DNA of 64,000 nt from the NCBI GenBank assembly GCA_036630325.1, contig CP142729.1, positions 62,001-126,000 on the forward strand, read 5' to 3'. This stretch comes from Vairimorpha necatrix. Lineage: Eukaryota. The notes under the pieces are model-generated. The model had not been told where the DNA came from. It searched no databases and saw only the letters and a list, made by a program, of their open reading frames with translations. Position numbers and translations under genes: made by a program. Shown here one piece after another: positions 36,109-48,050 of the stretch (position 1 is the stretch's first letter; each line of letters begins with the position of its first letter).

Positions 36109-39100
36109 AGCCCCGAATTAAAAAGTACGTTTTTTATTATATTAAAAATTAATAAGATTGTTCTAAAAAAAATAATTAATTGAAATATTAATTTCACATT
36201 TAAAGTAATTAGAAAGTATTTGTGTCTTTATACTGATCATTTATTATAAATTAAATACAAATTTATATTAAAATTAGACTTTACTATAAAATTGTTGGTT
36301 AAACAATATGTCAATCAGTTTTATTTTTTTTTATTCTTATTTTTATCATTTTTATAGTACCTCTTAAAAATAAATAAAATAATTAAGACAATTTTGTTGA
36401 TGATCTTAACAAGATAACAAAATAAAATGTAAAAAACTTTCATGGTGGCTTCATTGTAAATTAAAAATGCAAAAAAATATGTCTCTATAAATTTCTAACG
36501 AAATTATACATTGGATGTAAGTTTTATATTAAAATAAAAGTTTTTTATATTTATTGTTATTGGTCTTGTGCATTAATCGTATACCACCCACATCGTTAAG
36601 ATTTGTGCTTTTAGCAATATTCTATCAAAATAGTGGTTTATGTTCAAAATTTCTCATATGTGATATTTTTTCATACGAAGAAATCTCGGTTGTTTGTTGT
36701 TCAACAAAATTCAAATAGATTATAAATAGTCTATATAAAGTTCAATAAGTATAAATACTATTTTGAAAGTGCAAAAGTTTGCTTCAATATAATTAATAAC
36801 AATTAAGTTAAAATTATATAATTTATCAATTATCATAACATCTGATTATATACGTAATTGCAAAGTAGAGTATTAATGTACCTAAAGTCTACATTTTCAT
36901 ATTAATTATGCGTTATATTATTTGTATATAATTCATTTTTTAATTTTAAGATAAAATATATAATATTTACAGATTGAATTATTCTAACATTGTTGTTTAT
37001 TATAAAACTAAAAGTTTTAAATTTTAAACTTCTAGATAAAACATTACATAATCTATTTGTACATTAAAAAGTTAAAACTCTCCCGAAAACAAGACAATAT
37101 GAGTTTTTATTGAAATAATTATACATGATTTATAATGATACGGGACTATATTATTCGAAAAGTAAAAATTATAATCAATTGATAATTTATCTTAAAAAAA
37201 GTTTTCTTGTAAATGTATTAGCAATATATAACCGTTATATTTTTGAGCGAAAACAAATTTAAGGGGAAAATTATCAAAAATAAAAATCTAAAATTGACAG
37301 CCATCATAAATTTAAAAATTCTTGATTTGATCTTATTTAGAAATGAGACATTTAAATAAACTTATAAGTATCCTGATAAAAAACCAACTTATTAAAGTTT
37401 ATACTCCAGAATGTGGTAAAGAAAAGAAAAATGATCCTAGTCTCAGTTTTATTATTAACATATTATGGCTTTACAAAATGTCTAAAAAACCATTTTGATG
37501 TCAAATATATAAAAAAAATGATTTTACACATGTTCTTAAATGTATATATCTAAAAAATTATTTTCGCAATATATCTTGTTTTGGCTTAAAAGTTTATTTT
37601 AAATGTGTTTATATGTGGTACTGTTTGCGTATATTGCATTTTAAAAGCGTTTTAGATCATTTTTAACATTACATTAACTTTCCATTGGCATATTAATTAT
37701 ATTATTGAAGATTCGTTAAGTATTGTATCTGTTTATACAAAATGTGCATCTTAAATAGACGATTACGTAATAAAATGTTTCTACAATGGAAATCAAAATT
37801 CAAATTGTAAATCTTTTAGATATGAATACCTAAAAGCCAAATTGTAGAGTAATAGCTGATGGTGTAAGTTGACCAAAGATAGAGTATAAATTAATGTAAA
37901 TAATAAATTTAAAAAAGTTTTTTAAAGAAAATGAAATTTTAAAAGTTATTTTGATACTGATACAATTGGATTTAGTAAAAATAATACCAATACAGAATTA
38001 GATGACAACAAAAAACTTGTTCTACCTAAGATTAAGTGTTGCAACGCTAGCGAATTCGATATCAAAAAGAAAATTCGCATTCTAAACATGTTAGGACAGA
38101 AGCTTCTGATGATGACGTCGATACTAAGCGTACCCCACGACGCCTTCATTTAATCTAATAACAGTTATATTTTTATATATTATTCCGTTTTTTATTGCCG
38201 TTAAAATTGTTCTTACAAATTTATTACGAGTATACACCCTAAAAATGTTATAAATGAATTTTTGGTAGTACTGATTTGTATAGTATTAAAGCAAAGCAAA
38301 TCATGATTACGTATAATGGTATCATAAAATTATGATATTCATAATTCAGTTTGTTTAACTTATTAAAATAAATTGTACTTTTTGCAAACACTTGTAACGA
38401 CTTTTCAGGACATCCATTGTGATCTTTACCGTATTATCGTTCGATTTTATCAAATATGTCATAATTATATGAAAAGAAGATACAATTTTATTTTAAATCT
38501 GGTTGCTTACCTTCTGCAAACTGCAATTAGTAGTAAAAAAATAAGAATTTTTTTTTGAACTACAATATGTGTATTCTGAAAATATAGTAAAAGCATCTGA
38601 TTTAAATTCTATAGGTCTTATTTTGATTTATTTTTAGTCTTTCATATATTCGAAACCATCTGACATTTAATTGACATTTGTAATTATTTTTTGATCTCCT
38701 TTCTAGTATGTTTAATTCTAATTTGCTGGTTGTTATAATTGATATAAGACATTTATCTATTTTTTTTGTGAAATACTATAATAATTTCTCTACTAACGAA
38801 ACAAAAGCAGAAACTAACATTTTGTTTCATCTTAAAACATTATGGTATATGGGAAAATGATTTAAACCATAATGACACATTTTTAAATAAAATTATCGAA
38901 TTAATAACTCATAATAAAGTGAATATTGCAAAACACAGGCAAATCACAGGATTCTATTCTTGATACAATATTAAAAATAAGGTTTTTTAAATATTAATAA
39001 GATAGAACAATATTAATATAACATTTTCTGACATATATGCTTGCTTTAAATAAATTTTAATCATAATATATAAATCTGAAACTTTACAACATTTATGGTT

Positions 39101-39526
39101 TTCACCTTTTTATTTTTTAAGTATATTATAGGAAAAGAAAACATAAATTGTTTCTTAGGCTATTCTGTTTGTTGTTTTAAAATTTATATAGATGATAGAC
39201 TGGTACAAATATTTTATATAAGATCACAATTGATATTAAACCGTATAAATTTCGATTATTTTTCATATTTTACATATATTTCAATGGTTTAACGTATTTC
39301 AAAAACGAGCAATAACGAATCAATTAATAACTTATTAGCTAATATTGTTTTTAAAATTTATTAAAAAAAATATTTAGTTTTAAATTACTATTGCAGACAT
39401 ACTAATATGTCTTTAAAGTAGTTATAGAATTTATTAATCACATATATTATTTATATCTCTTGTAAATGTCATAAGATGACTCAAATTAATTTTGTGTCAT
39501 ATATATTCCATTAAAAAACAGCCCTA

Positions 39527-40822
39527 ATGTATTTGCAATTTCTAATGTATGTTGTTTGGGGATATTCTTGGCTGTCTTTATTTGTTGAATATAAAGAAAA
39601 TTCTATATGTGATGTATATATAGGTGTTACAAGCTATGCTAGCCGTTTAAAAAACTTACATATTACTCTCCTTAAAGACAAATATTTTAAAGCTGATGCC
39701 CGAAATATGAGGGAATTTATAGATAATGTACAACTGTCGATGGCAAGTAACAGAAGTAATTTATATCTAGTAAATAAACAGGAATATGATGAAATCAGAA
39801 TAGCATCATCTATATTAAATTACAATGATTCTGTTAAAAAATTCTCTCAAAGTGAGAAATATTATAAATATACAATTAACTTGTTGGATGGAAGGACATA
39901 TTTTTTTGCAATTGTTTTAGAAAGAGCGAATAATGGACCTATATCCCTTACGTATACACAAATATTTAATTTTGATGGTAAATTTCGATGTGGTGAGCTT
40001 TACTTACAAAAAGTTCCGTTTTATATAGATAAAATTCCGACTAGTACAAATGTAAATCACATTCTTGATACAAACAAAAGTAATAGTTTGGAAAATAGTC
40101 ATAAGACTGCGAAGCAAAATAATAGTTGTAGAAATACTAAACAAAATAATAATCATATGAATGCTGAACCGAAAGATAATCTTGATAAGAATCTAAGGAA
40201 CTCGGGCCTTGAAAATGATCTTGAGATTAAATCTCCTGATATGAATACTGCAGACGAAACTGCCAATAATAATCCTACGAACAAAACTGCTTGCATGAAT
40301 CTTACTAACTCTGGACTTGATAGTAATCTTGCAAACGAAAAAGCAGATAAGAATCTTACTAACTCTGGACTTGATAGTAATCTTGTGGACGAAAAAGCTT
40401 ATGAGAATATAAGTAACTCTGAATCTAAAAATATTCTTGAGAACGAAACTCCTGATATGAATATAAGTAACGCGGTACCTGATAATAATCTCGAGAACAA
40501 AGCTCCAGATATAAATATTGTGGACGAATCTTCTGATAATACTTTTACAAAGAAAACTCCTGATAATAATCTTGTGAGCGAAACTCCTAGTGAAAACCTA
40601 AGTAACGTGGGACTTGATAATATTTTTGAGAACGAAAAACTTGATAATAAAAAATTAATTAGCTCTGGATCTAAAGGTAAACATGGAAATAACGAAGATG
40701 GTTCAAAAGACGATCCAAATGACAATGATAGTAAACTTTTTAAGTATTGTCTATTTTATATCGTTTTCGTAGTATTATTAGCTTTTTCCGTATTTTTGTT
40801 TACAAAAAAAAATAAAAATTAA
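39527..40822 (+). CDS. Signal-peptide, single-pass membrane protein with repeat stalk (family member 1), 431 aa
   Basis: CCC-TA-ATG start; hydrophobic N-terminus; LSLFVEYKENSICDVYIG family motif; Asn/Asp/Ser-rich repeats; C-terminal TM YCLFYIVFVVLLAFSVFLF plus basic tail. Confidence 0.88.
   Translation: MYLQFLMYVVWGYSWLSLFVEYKENSICDVYIGVTSYASRLKNLHITLLKDKYFKADARNMREFIDNVQLSMASNRSNLYLVNKQEYDEIRIASSILNYNDSVKKFSQSEKYYKYTINLLDGRTYFFAIVLERANNGPISLTYTQIFNFDGKFRCGELYLQKVPFYIDKIPTSTNVNHILDTNKSNSLENSHKTAKQNNSCRNTKQNNNHMNAEPKDNLDKNLRNSGLENDLEIKSPDMNTADETANNNPTNKTACMNLTNSGLDSNLANEKADKNLTNSGLDSNLVDEKAYENISNSESKNILENETPDMNISNAVPDNNLENKAPDINIVDESSDNTFTKKTPDNNLVSETPSENLSNVGLDNIFENEKLDNKKLISSGSKGKHGNNEDGSKDDPNDNDSKLFKYCLFYIVFVVLLAFSVFLFTKKNKN
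40184..40642 (+). repeat. Coding tandem repeat, 17 degenerate 27-bp (9-aa) units
   Basis: DKNLRNSGL/ENDLEIKSP/.../DSNLANEKA/DKNLTNSGL/DSNLVDEKA/.../DNIFENEKL; near-exact 54-bp duplication at about 40298-40405. Confidence 0.85.
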
Positions 40823-41779
40823 TATTAAATTACTAATTATTATGATTTTTTCGTATGTTACACGTTAGAAATTTTTTACAAAATAAGTAAAAATTTTAGA
40901 ATTTTTATTTTACACTGACAAATTTTTATGTCTAATATTAATATATTGCCACACAATGATATAAATCTTCGGCTATTTTTCCGTTCTTTTGAAAACTTCT
41001 ATGATTTATACTTTCAATCTTCAATTTGTTTATACAATCATTAGAACAAAAAATAAACCTGATGTTATGTTCAGAAAATAATATAGAGAACAACAATTGG
41101 AATGCAAACATTATAATGCAATGATGGTTTACTAATACATATATTAGCTCATTAAAACGATACAAAAATTCACTTGAGTATAAGAATAACGTACTATTTA
41201 TTAATATTTGTAACAAACTGAATATAAATAGTGCCAAGCTTATTATTAAGAAGATATGTAATGACTGTAACTAATATAAAAGATATTTTGAATGTACCTA
41301 AAAACTGTTTTAGATTGTAATAAAACTAGATTTTGTATGGTTATTGATAAACATAAATTCAAATTCATTAAATATTCCCCCATCGTAACGGATTCTATTG
41401 AAATAATTATTTTTATTAAGTAAATATTTTGAAGGCCAATTTCACGTGTATTTTTAAAGTTTCAATAAAAAATTCGCAAAATCTTATGAAGATTGTCGAC
41501 CTATAAAGTATTTTTTTAATATTAACTACTTGAAATGGTATAAACTTTTAAACTTTTTTACAAAAATTTTGCTTATAAACGATTTGAATATGGCGCAATT
41601 TTATATTCTTATAAATAAAGGCACTTTTGTTTTATCTTTGCATTACTACTGAATCTTATTAGAGAGTTGAAACAACACTATAAGAATAGTGATTGATTGT
41701 AAAATGTTTCTAAAATAGAGATTTTATCATGAAATAAAAAATAACTATTCTATAACCCAATCAGCAAATTTAAAATTTC

Positions 41780-42615
41780 CGAAGATCGAAAAATCTTATA
41801 CATTACTATTAGATCTAATTTTAGAACTGAAAAGTCTTTGGTCGTCGGCAAACAAAAATACTTTAAGTAATTTTAATAACAAAAAGGCCACTTTTAAGGT
41901 ACAATTACCAGAGAATTGATTCATTTAATATGATCTAGAATATTTGCGTAAGAAGTTGAATTGTTTTATTCACCATAAAATATGATACTTAGACGATTCA
42001 TCATAGTACTCATGCGACAAATATTGTTTAACTGAAGTATTACAGATTTTTATAGAATACAGAAAATAATGCTTATGAATAAAGTGAAGGATGATGTTCA
42101 ATTTCATATTACAGTATAGAAGCATACGCTAGATTTTATCTATAAAACTTTTGTTTCGAAAAAGTAGACTTGACTTTTAAAATTTTTTTTGTCTTTAAAA
42201 GAACACTCTGAAAATCAAGAGGAACTAAAACTTACATTTAGTTTAGAATAAGATTAATCAATTTATACGGTAAAAACATTTGTGTCTATGAAAATAATTT
42301 AAAATTCATAGGAATATCTAAACATTAATACATAAGAAAAATAAAAATTCAATCTGATGTAATAAAATCAGGTATAATGAAGTTACACTGAATGAATTAT
42401 TAAGTAAATTTATATATGATAATTTAAAATATTTTCTGTGGTTTAGATAAATAACGTCAGCCGAATGAGTAAAAAATACACGATACGATGGTTTGACAAG
42501 CAACGATAAAATAATTATTTGGTTTCAGGAAATAGTAAATATTTATAGTGAAGATAAAAAAAAAATTTTACATTTCAATGCGGGATCTACTAGGTTGCCT
42601 TTCAATAAATTATGA
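41780..42615 (+). pseudogene. HECT-domain E3 ubiquitin ligase pseudogene
   Basis: 42451-42612 reads ITSAE*VKNTRYDGLTSNDKIIIWFQEIVNIYSEDKKKILHFNAGSTRLPF (HECT C-lobe pattern W..NT.Y.G......I.WFWE.V......K.LL.F.TGS.RLP). Upstream fragments GTITRELIHLI and EELKLTFSLE lie in the expected order. Confidence 0.75.
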
Positions 42616-42769
42616 ATTCTTTTGGTTCTGTTGTATATCTAGGCAGATTTACAGTACGAAAAATATATTTTTATAATATTAATATCTAAAAATGCTATGT
42701 CATTTTTAATATATAATTTATTTGGGTAAAATATTCGGCTTATTAATTACTTTTCACAAGATACGCTTA

Positions 42770-43010
42770 CAGTCTCATCTGGCAGTTCCATGACTTCCTT
42801 CGAGATTCACTCATTGGGCTCTCGAAGACCCCTTCCTGATCTGTATCAAGACCATGTCTGGCTGACATAGTTAGGCTTTTTAAAGTCATTTTAAGGACTC
42901 TTGACTGTATATATGCTTCCGTTCTGGGTTCTAATCTGAGCACTTTGATATGCGTAAAGTAAAAATTGGTTACTATTCCATCCCCGTCATCACATAAGAA
43001 ATAATTTTCG
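42770..43010 (-). mobile_element. 3' fragment of RLE non-LTR element (second subfamily)
   Basis: Minus strand YVMT / DGIVTNFYFTHIKVLRLEPRTEAYIQSRVLKMTLKSLTMSARHG. Confidence 0.8.
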
Positions 43011-44109
43011 GCTTGGATTGTTAAATCAAAAAAAATTAATTTAAAATATGTTAGGTTATTTATAATTATATAGCTTTATGATTATATTCTTTTTTTAAAT
43101 TAAATTTCGTATACAAATATATATTTATTTGGCATTTCTAATGTCTAAAGATGCAAGTATTTTTGGTGCTAATGATTGCTTCTCCTTTATTTTGCACTTC
43201 GTTTATGGGGTAATAAGAAATAAAGTGAACACCCTCAGAGGGAGGCGTATTGGTCTCAATTCTAAAAAATCAGAAGGGCAAAAAATGCTTATTAGTTAAT
43301 ATTATTGTAAAAACTTGTATTAAAATATAATTGTGTACATAAATATATATTTATTTATTGTTTTTAATGTCATAAGTGCTTAGTAATTTTTGTCCCCTTC
43401 CTGCTCCTCTTTTTTTGCACTTCAATTTTTGGGTTCGAAAAAAAAATCGAAGCGCTTCAAAAAAGGGGGGGGGGTCTAATGTACCCCTCCCCCTATTTAA
43501 AATATTTTAAATTGCCGCAAAAAAGAAAGGAGGACGGTTCTAAAATATAATAATAAAAATCATATTTACATCTATAAAACTAATATTTTCGGCGAGACGT
43601 ACCTCCGCTTGGGGTACGTCAGTTTCCAAAAAATTTTTGGATATTTTTATCATTTAATGAGATTATCAAAAGTGTTATAGTAAATGTGTTTTCTATAATG
43701 AGCTAATGAAATAAAAAGAATGTCTCAAAATACATCAATACGAAACAATATCTTTATTTAACTTTACTGTCATCTTTTGAGATCTAAACAAATAATAGTC
43801 ATCCTGAATACTGATTAGTAGCTACTTATAGACGATTTTTTTTTTCATTTTCGTTTGCTTATTTTTTTTGTCTGATGTATTTATACATAAAAAATAATTT
43901 TTATAAAAGTGAAGGAAATAATTATTTTGATTATTAAAAGGTTAATAGTACCAAAAAAATATTTAAATTAAGATTGAAAATAATAATTTAAACATGAAAA
44001 AAAACTATTAAAATGTAAAAAAAATTTGATGTAAAAATGTCTAGTTGATAACTGTCAATTTGTGATTTATATTAATTATGCATATAAATATCTAAAAGTC
44101 ATGACCCCA

Positions 44110-44775
44110 ATGTTATTGAGAATTATTACGTTTTTTCTTTTTGTATATGGCGATTTATATTTACTATTCGATTATAAAGAAGATGACACTTGTGATTGTT
44201 ACATAAGTCTTTCTAATAACGTAGAAATTGATGATAATTACAAAGTATTTTTGTCTCAATATAAAAATTGGTTAAAAGAGGAAGTAAGAGATTCATGTAG
44301 AGCTAATATTCTTATAAAAAAGGTTTATAAAGAAGGACTCCTTTTGGAAAGGGTGGAAAAAAAAGATTATGATCAAATCAGAAAATTAGCAGGAAATATT
44401 ACCAATGAGAAAAAACGTGAAATATTTTTAAACAATGGAAATTTCCGAAAGTGTGGTTTCAACAAATTCGAATACGCAAAATTTTTTTTTGAAATAGTTT
44501 TTTATGAACCGAAAAAACATACAATTACATGGGAACATAGTGCATCATATGATTATGATCCGAAAGATGTTTTTAGTAAACTCATACTTTATAGAACTAG
44601 AAGTTTAACTATAAATGCTGGATTTTTAAAAAAATTTGTTAAAGATTTAAACTCCTCTATTTGCTCTGATACCAATAAATCGAACAGTATAACTGAAAAA
44701 AAGAACGAAGAAAAAAACCTTGAGAGCTTAGATAACACGAAAATTTTTGATGTTTTTCAAAAAGAAAAGTATTAA
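44110..44775 (+). CDS. Signal-peptide family member 2, lacking the C-terminal TM (221 aa; possibly truncated)
   Basis: Start re-assigned to CCCC-A-ATG at 44110 (MLLRIITFFLFVYG); DLYLLFDYKEDDTCDCYIS, DYDQIRKL, FEIVFY, TITWEHS motifs. Confidence 0.78.
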   Translation: MLLRIITFFLFVYGDLYLLFDYKEDDTCDCYISLSNNVEIDDNYKVFLSQYKNWLKEEVRDSCRANILIKKVYKEGLLLERVEKKDYDQIRKLAGNITNEKKREIFLNNGNFRKCGFNKFEYAKFFFEIVFYEPKKHTITWEHSASYDYDPKDVFSKLILYRTRSLTINAGFLKKFVKDLNSSICSDTNKSNSITEKKNEEKNLESLDNTKIFDVFQKEKY

Positions 44776-45774
44776 AAAAAATTAAGAGAAACTGACAAAG
44801 CTGCCGTATAAATTTTTTTTTAGTTTTACGTTTTTTTATCAATTTAAATTTAATTTTGTTTATTTTAATTTTTTAAGAGTCATAGAAGAGTTTTTTCTGC
44901 TTTTGACAAAATTGAGAGCCATGGTATGACGTTTTCTGAAATCACATGCGTCATAAATAATTTTTACATGAGAAAGATTTTTTTTATAAACATTCAATAT
45001 TGTGTTGACCAATGATTTTACAAGATAGCAGGGTGTGTAAAATCAACCCCCTCTGAATTATATACACTGTCCTCTTTATCAGTGAAGATTTAGCATTATC
45101 TGAGAATTTTGAGTATAGGTATGAGAAGTAGGATACTTTATTGGAAGAAAGGGCTAAAGTTGTTTAGCATGCACTCGACAGAAAACTTTAAAAAGGAGAA
45201 TCGTGGATTAAAAATCGCGGTAAAATTTATTGAACTTTCGAAAAAAACAATTCGAACCAACTACAAAATTAAAAATTTCAAATTCAACTCTTGAGATGAT
45301 TAATCAAATATTAATATTTTTTAATCGTTCAAAATTCATATTGGTGTAACTCTAGTTATCAATAATTGATCTTTGCAGATATCAAACTGTTTCTTCACAA
45401 GCTGGTCCACTTAAATATGGTTATCACAAAAAGTGTTTCAAATTTGAAATCAAAGACATAGTTGTGTAAGAAAAATGCAATTCCGTTCAGACTCATCTAC
45501 ACTTTCCAACAATTTTAATTTTAAAAATTTATAGGACTATTATTTCATTAAAAATTATAAGTACTATAATTTTTACTTATTTTTGATATTAAATGCAAAT
45601 TATATATCTCTATATTTAAAATTATCTATAAAAACCATAATAACTATTCTTTTGTAAGTCAGACCAACATGACTTAATAATATGTTTTTTTGTACCAAGT
45701 AAAGTAAGATGAAATTAGTGTATATAAGTATTAGATTAAAAATTTGTAAAAAAAATTGATTACATTACAACTTG

Positions 45775-45985
45775 TATCGAGTATTGAGGTATTATCCGGG
45801 AGTTGGCCGTTCCTCAGATAGCATTCTATGATGCTTCTCTTGGGTATCAAAGTTTGGTTGTAATTAAAGTAGTTTTATTTAATTTGCCTCCTTGGGCATC
45901 ATCTTCCCTCTTCTGAGGATGCAGTGATTGATACTGCTGTTCTCTAGACTCCTCTGTTCTTCTCGACATGTTTTTTTTGTGGGGT
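45775..45985 (-). repeat. Dispersed repeat homologous to 22630-22865
   Basis: See paired feature; begins with CCCC-ACAAAAAAAAC-ATG on the minus strand. Confidence 0.45.
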
Positions 45986-46699
45986 AAAAATAAAAAGAAA
46001 ATATTTATAGGAAAAATAAATTCTAGAAAATTCATTTGGAGGGAAAATTTAATAATGTGGTAAATAATACCACAAGTATATACGCTATATGTTTATTTTA
46101 CTTCGTTTTTTTATGATTGAAATATAAACAACTTGAATAAATATCAATAAATTAAAAAGAAGAAATTATATGACAAATATTGATACAAATGTAGATAAAA
46201 AACAAAATTTTATTAAGTATTGTTCTTAAGTTTTATTTAAAATTTATAACGAGTTATCAATACCTTCTTTATTATTCAAAAATTCTTAGAATTCTCCAAA
46301 TTTTATTTTTTGGTTAAATTAATCTTCACTAAAGATACAACTTTATTTATTAAATTTTATTTTTAACTTCAATTCAATTATATAATTTACTTTAATTGAT
46401 ATATAAAAGCAGATTTTCTGTTTTTAGGAAACATATAAGCATCATATTAAATTTTGATGTTTTAATAGGATACTTTTATAGTTCAATTTGGTTTGAATTG
46501 CCTTTTTGATCTAATTTTTTTTGAATGTATGTTTTAATTTTTGAACAGATTTGTTCTGTAAAACATAAAGTAGGTACGTATTCAGTTCATACACGCATCG
46601 GGAAAATGAATTTACATTTTTTATTAAAAAATAGGAAAAATAAAAAAAGACACATAACAATTTAATTGAATAATATATGAAGATAGTTTATACGTTCAT

Positions 46700-47030
46700 T
46701 ATTCGGTATTTGATAAGCCCAGAGCAACTGTAAAATGTAGTCATAGTGTTCGTCTTGGTGTATTCATGTCAAGACAGAATATCTATCTCTCTTGAAAATG
46801 ACCAAAATACCACAATTTGTTTGGTATTGTGTCTCGGGATCATGAGAGTATACAAAATTGGCGGAGTTATTCAAATACTGTGCTTCATCCTTGTGATTTG
46901 ACTAATGTGGCATCATATGCTCTTTTTGATAAGTGATACAATGGAACTAGGTAATAAATTTTGTTGTATTGCCTCAAGGTGAATAGCCGCATTTCTACTA
47001 GCCAGGAAGCAAGGCACGCGTTTTCTGTCT
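46700..47030 (-). mobile_element. Decayed Merlin transposase remnant
   Basis: Minus strand RNAAIHLEAIQQNLLPSSIV / NNSANFVYSHDPET matches ISXO2-type motifs (R.A.TL...I...PGS.I, NHS.NFV.P.T); ends not found. Confidence 0.55.
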
Positions 47031-47629
47031 ATTAACTTGTTAGAATTATTTGAATTTATTAGGTTTTTAGAAAAAAAAACTTACCTTTTTAACAAATTTT
47101 GTTCTTATCAATTTTGTCATTTTTTAAAAAACTGGTCCTTTCAAATTTCCAATTCGGGTTTCAAACGGTCATGCATTAGAAAATGTATTGTATTGTCGAA
47201 GCTTGCAAACATTTTAAGTTTAAAACACTTGAAAATATGTTCATGGGAACAAAAAATTGCAGAATTTACCGGGTATCACAACGCAATATATTATTTTATT
47301 ATACAATGTATTAAATATCTTTATACAACTAGATATAAAATGATATTTGTAAATATCATATCAATTTGATTTTATGTTTATACTTAGAGTGTAAAACTAA
47401 CGAAGCTTCGACAGAATATTGTAGATGTATCAACTACATAGGAAAATTTCAAATACTCAAGATTAAAAACAATTGTGCATTCAATCAAATCGCAACATAA
47501 CCTTTATGTATTTGTTTTGAATAATCTCTTAAATTAATAAAGTTTCATTATTATTTTATTATTGCTTTCATATAAGATTAAATGTTTAATGCATTATTTT
47601 TAATATACAATTATTCTACTCTTTACCTT

Positions 47630-48050
47630 ATGATGTGTAATTTAGTTAAAAGATACTTTAGAAATACTATGAATTGATTTTATTTATAGATTGTAAAGAT
47701 GAAGTGTTTGTATATTGTTTATTGGTACTACAATCAAAGCTGGCAAAATGTCTGACTTCCAAATTTTTCTTTCTCAAAGAAAGTTTATCACACACATAAA
47801 AACATCGGCATATGCTGTTGTATTGCTATTGATATTGTTTTATATAATGATCAACTTATGGTTTCAGTGGACATGATTCGAATATAAAAAATCAAAAGGC
47901 AAGCTTGTGAAATTTAAGATTAAGACGTTAGGTAAAATAGCTATTAATGTAAAATGTTGCAAAGAATGTTTCAATTTATTAGTGTACAGTAATTTTTTTT
48001 GACATATTCGCTTGTAAAAAACAAGAAAACTTTTAATTGGGCACACACAT
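47630..48050 (+). pseudogene. Pseudogene of the signal-peptide membrane family (member 3)
   Basis: Frameshifted fragments ELILFIDCKDE (47671), VCILFIGTTIKAGKMSDFQIFLSQ (47706), EYK/IKRQACEI*D*DVR (47880) and NWAHT (48035) are collinear with family motifs; 3' end unclear. Confidence 0.7.

Noticed and set aside
37350..38860. Two possible decayed secreted-protein (ricin-lectin-like) pseudogenes
   Set aside because: Only short open stretches; no defensible motif match.
40184..40642. Periodic repeat as CRISPR array
   Set aside because: In-frame degenerate coding repeat without unique spacers; no cas genes; eukaryotic genome.
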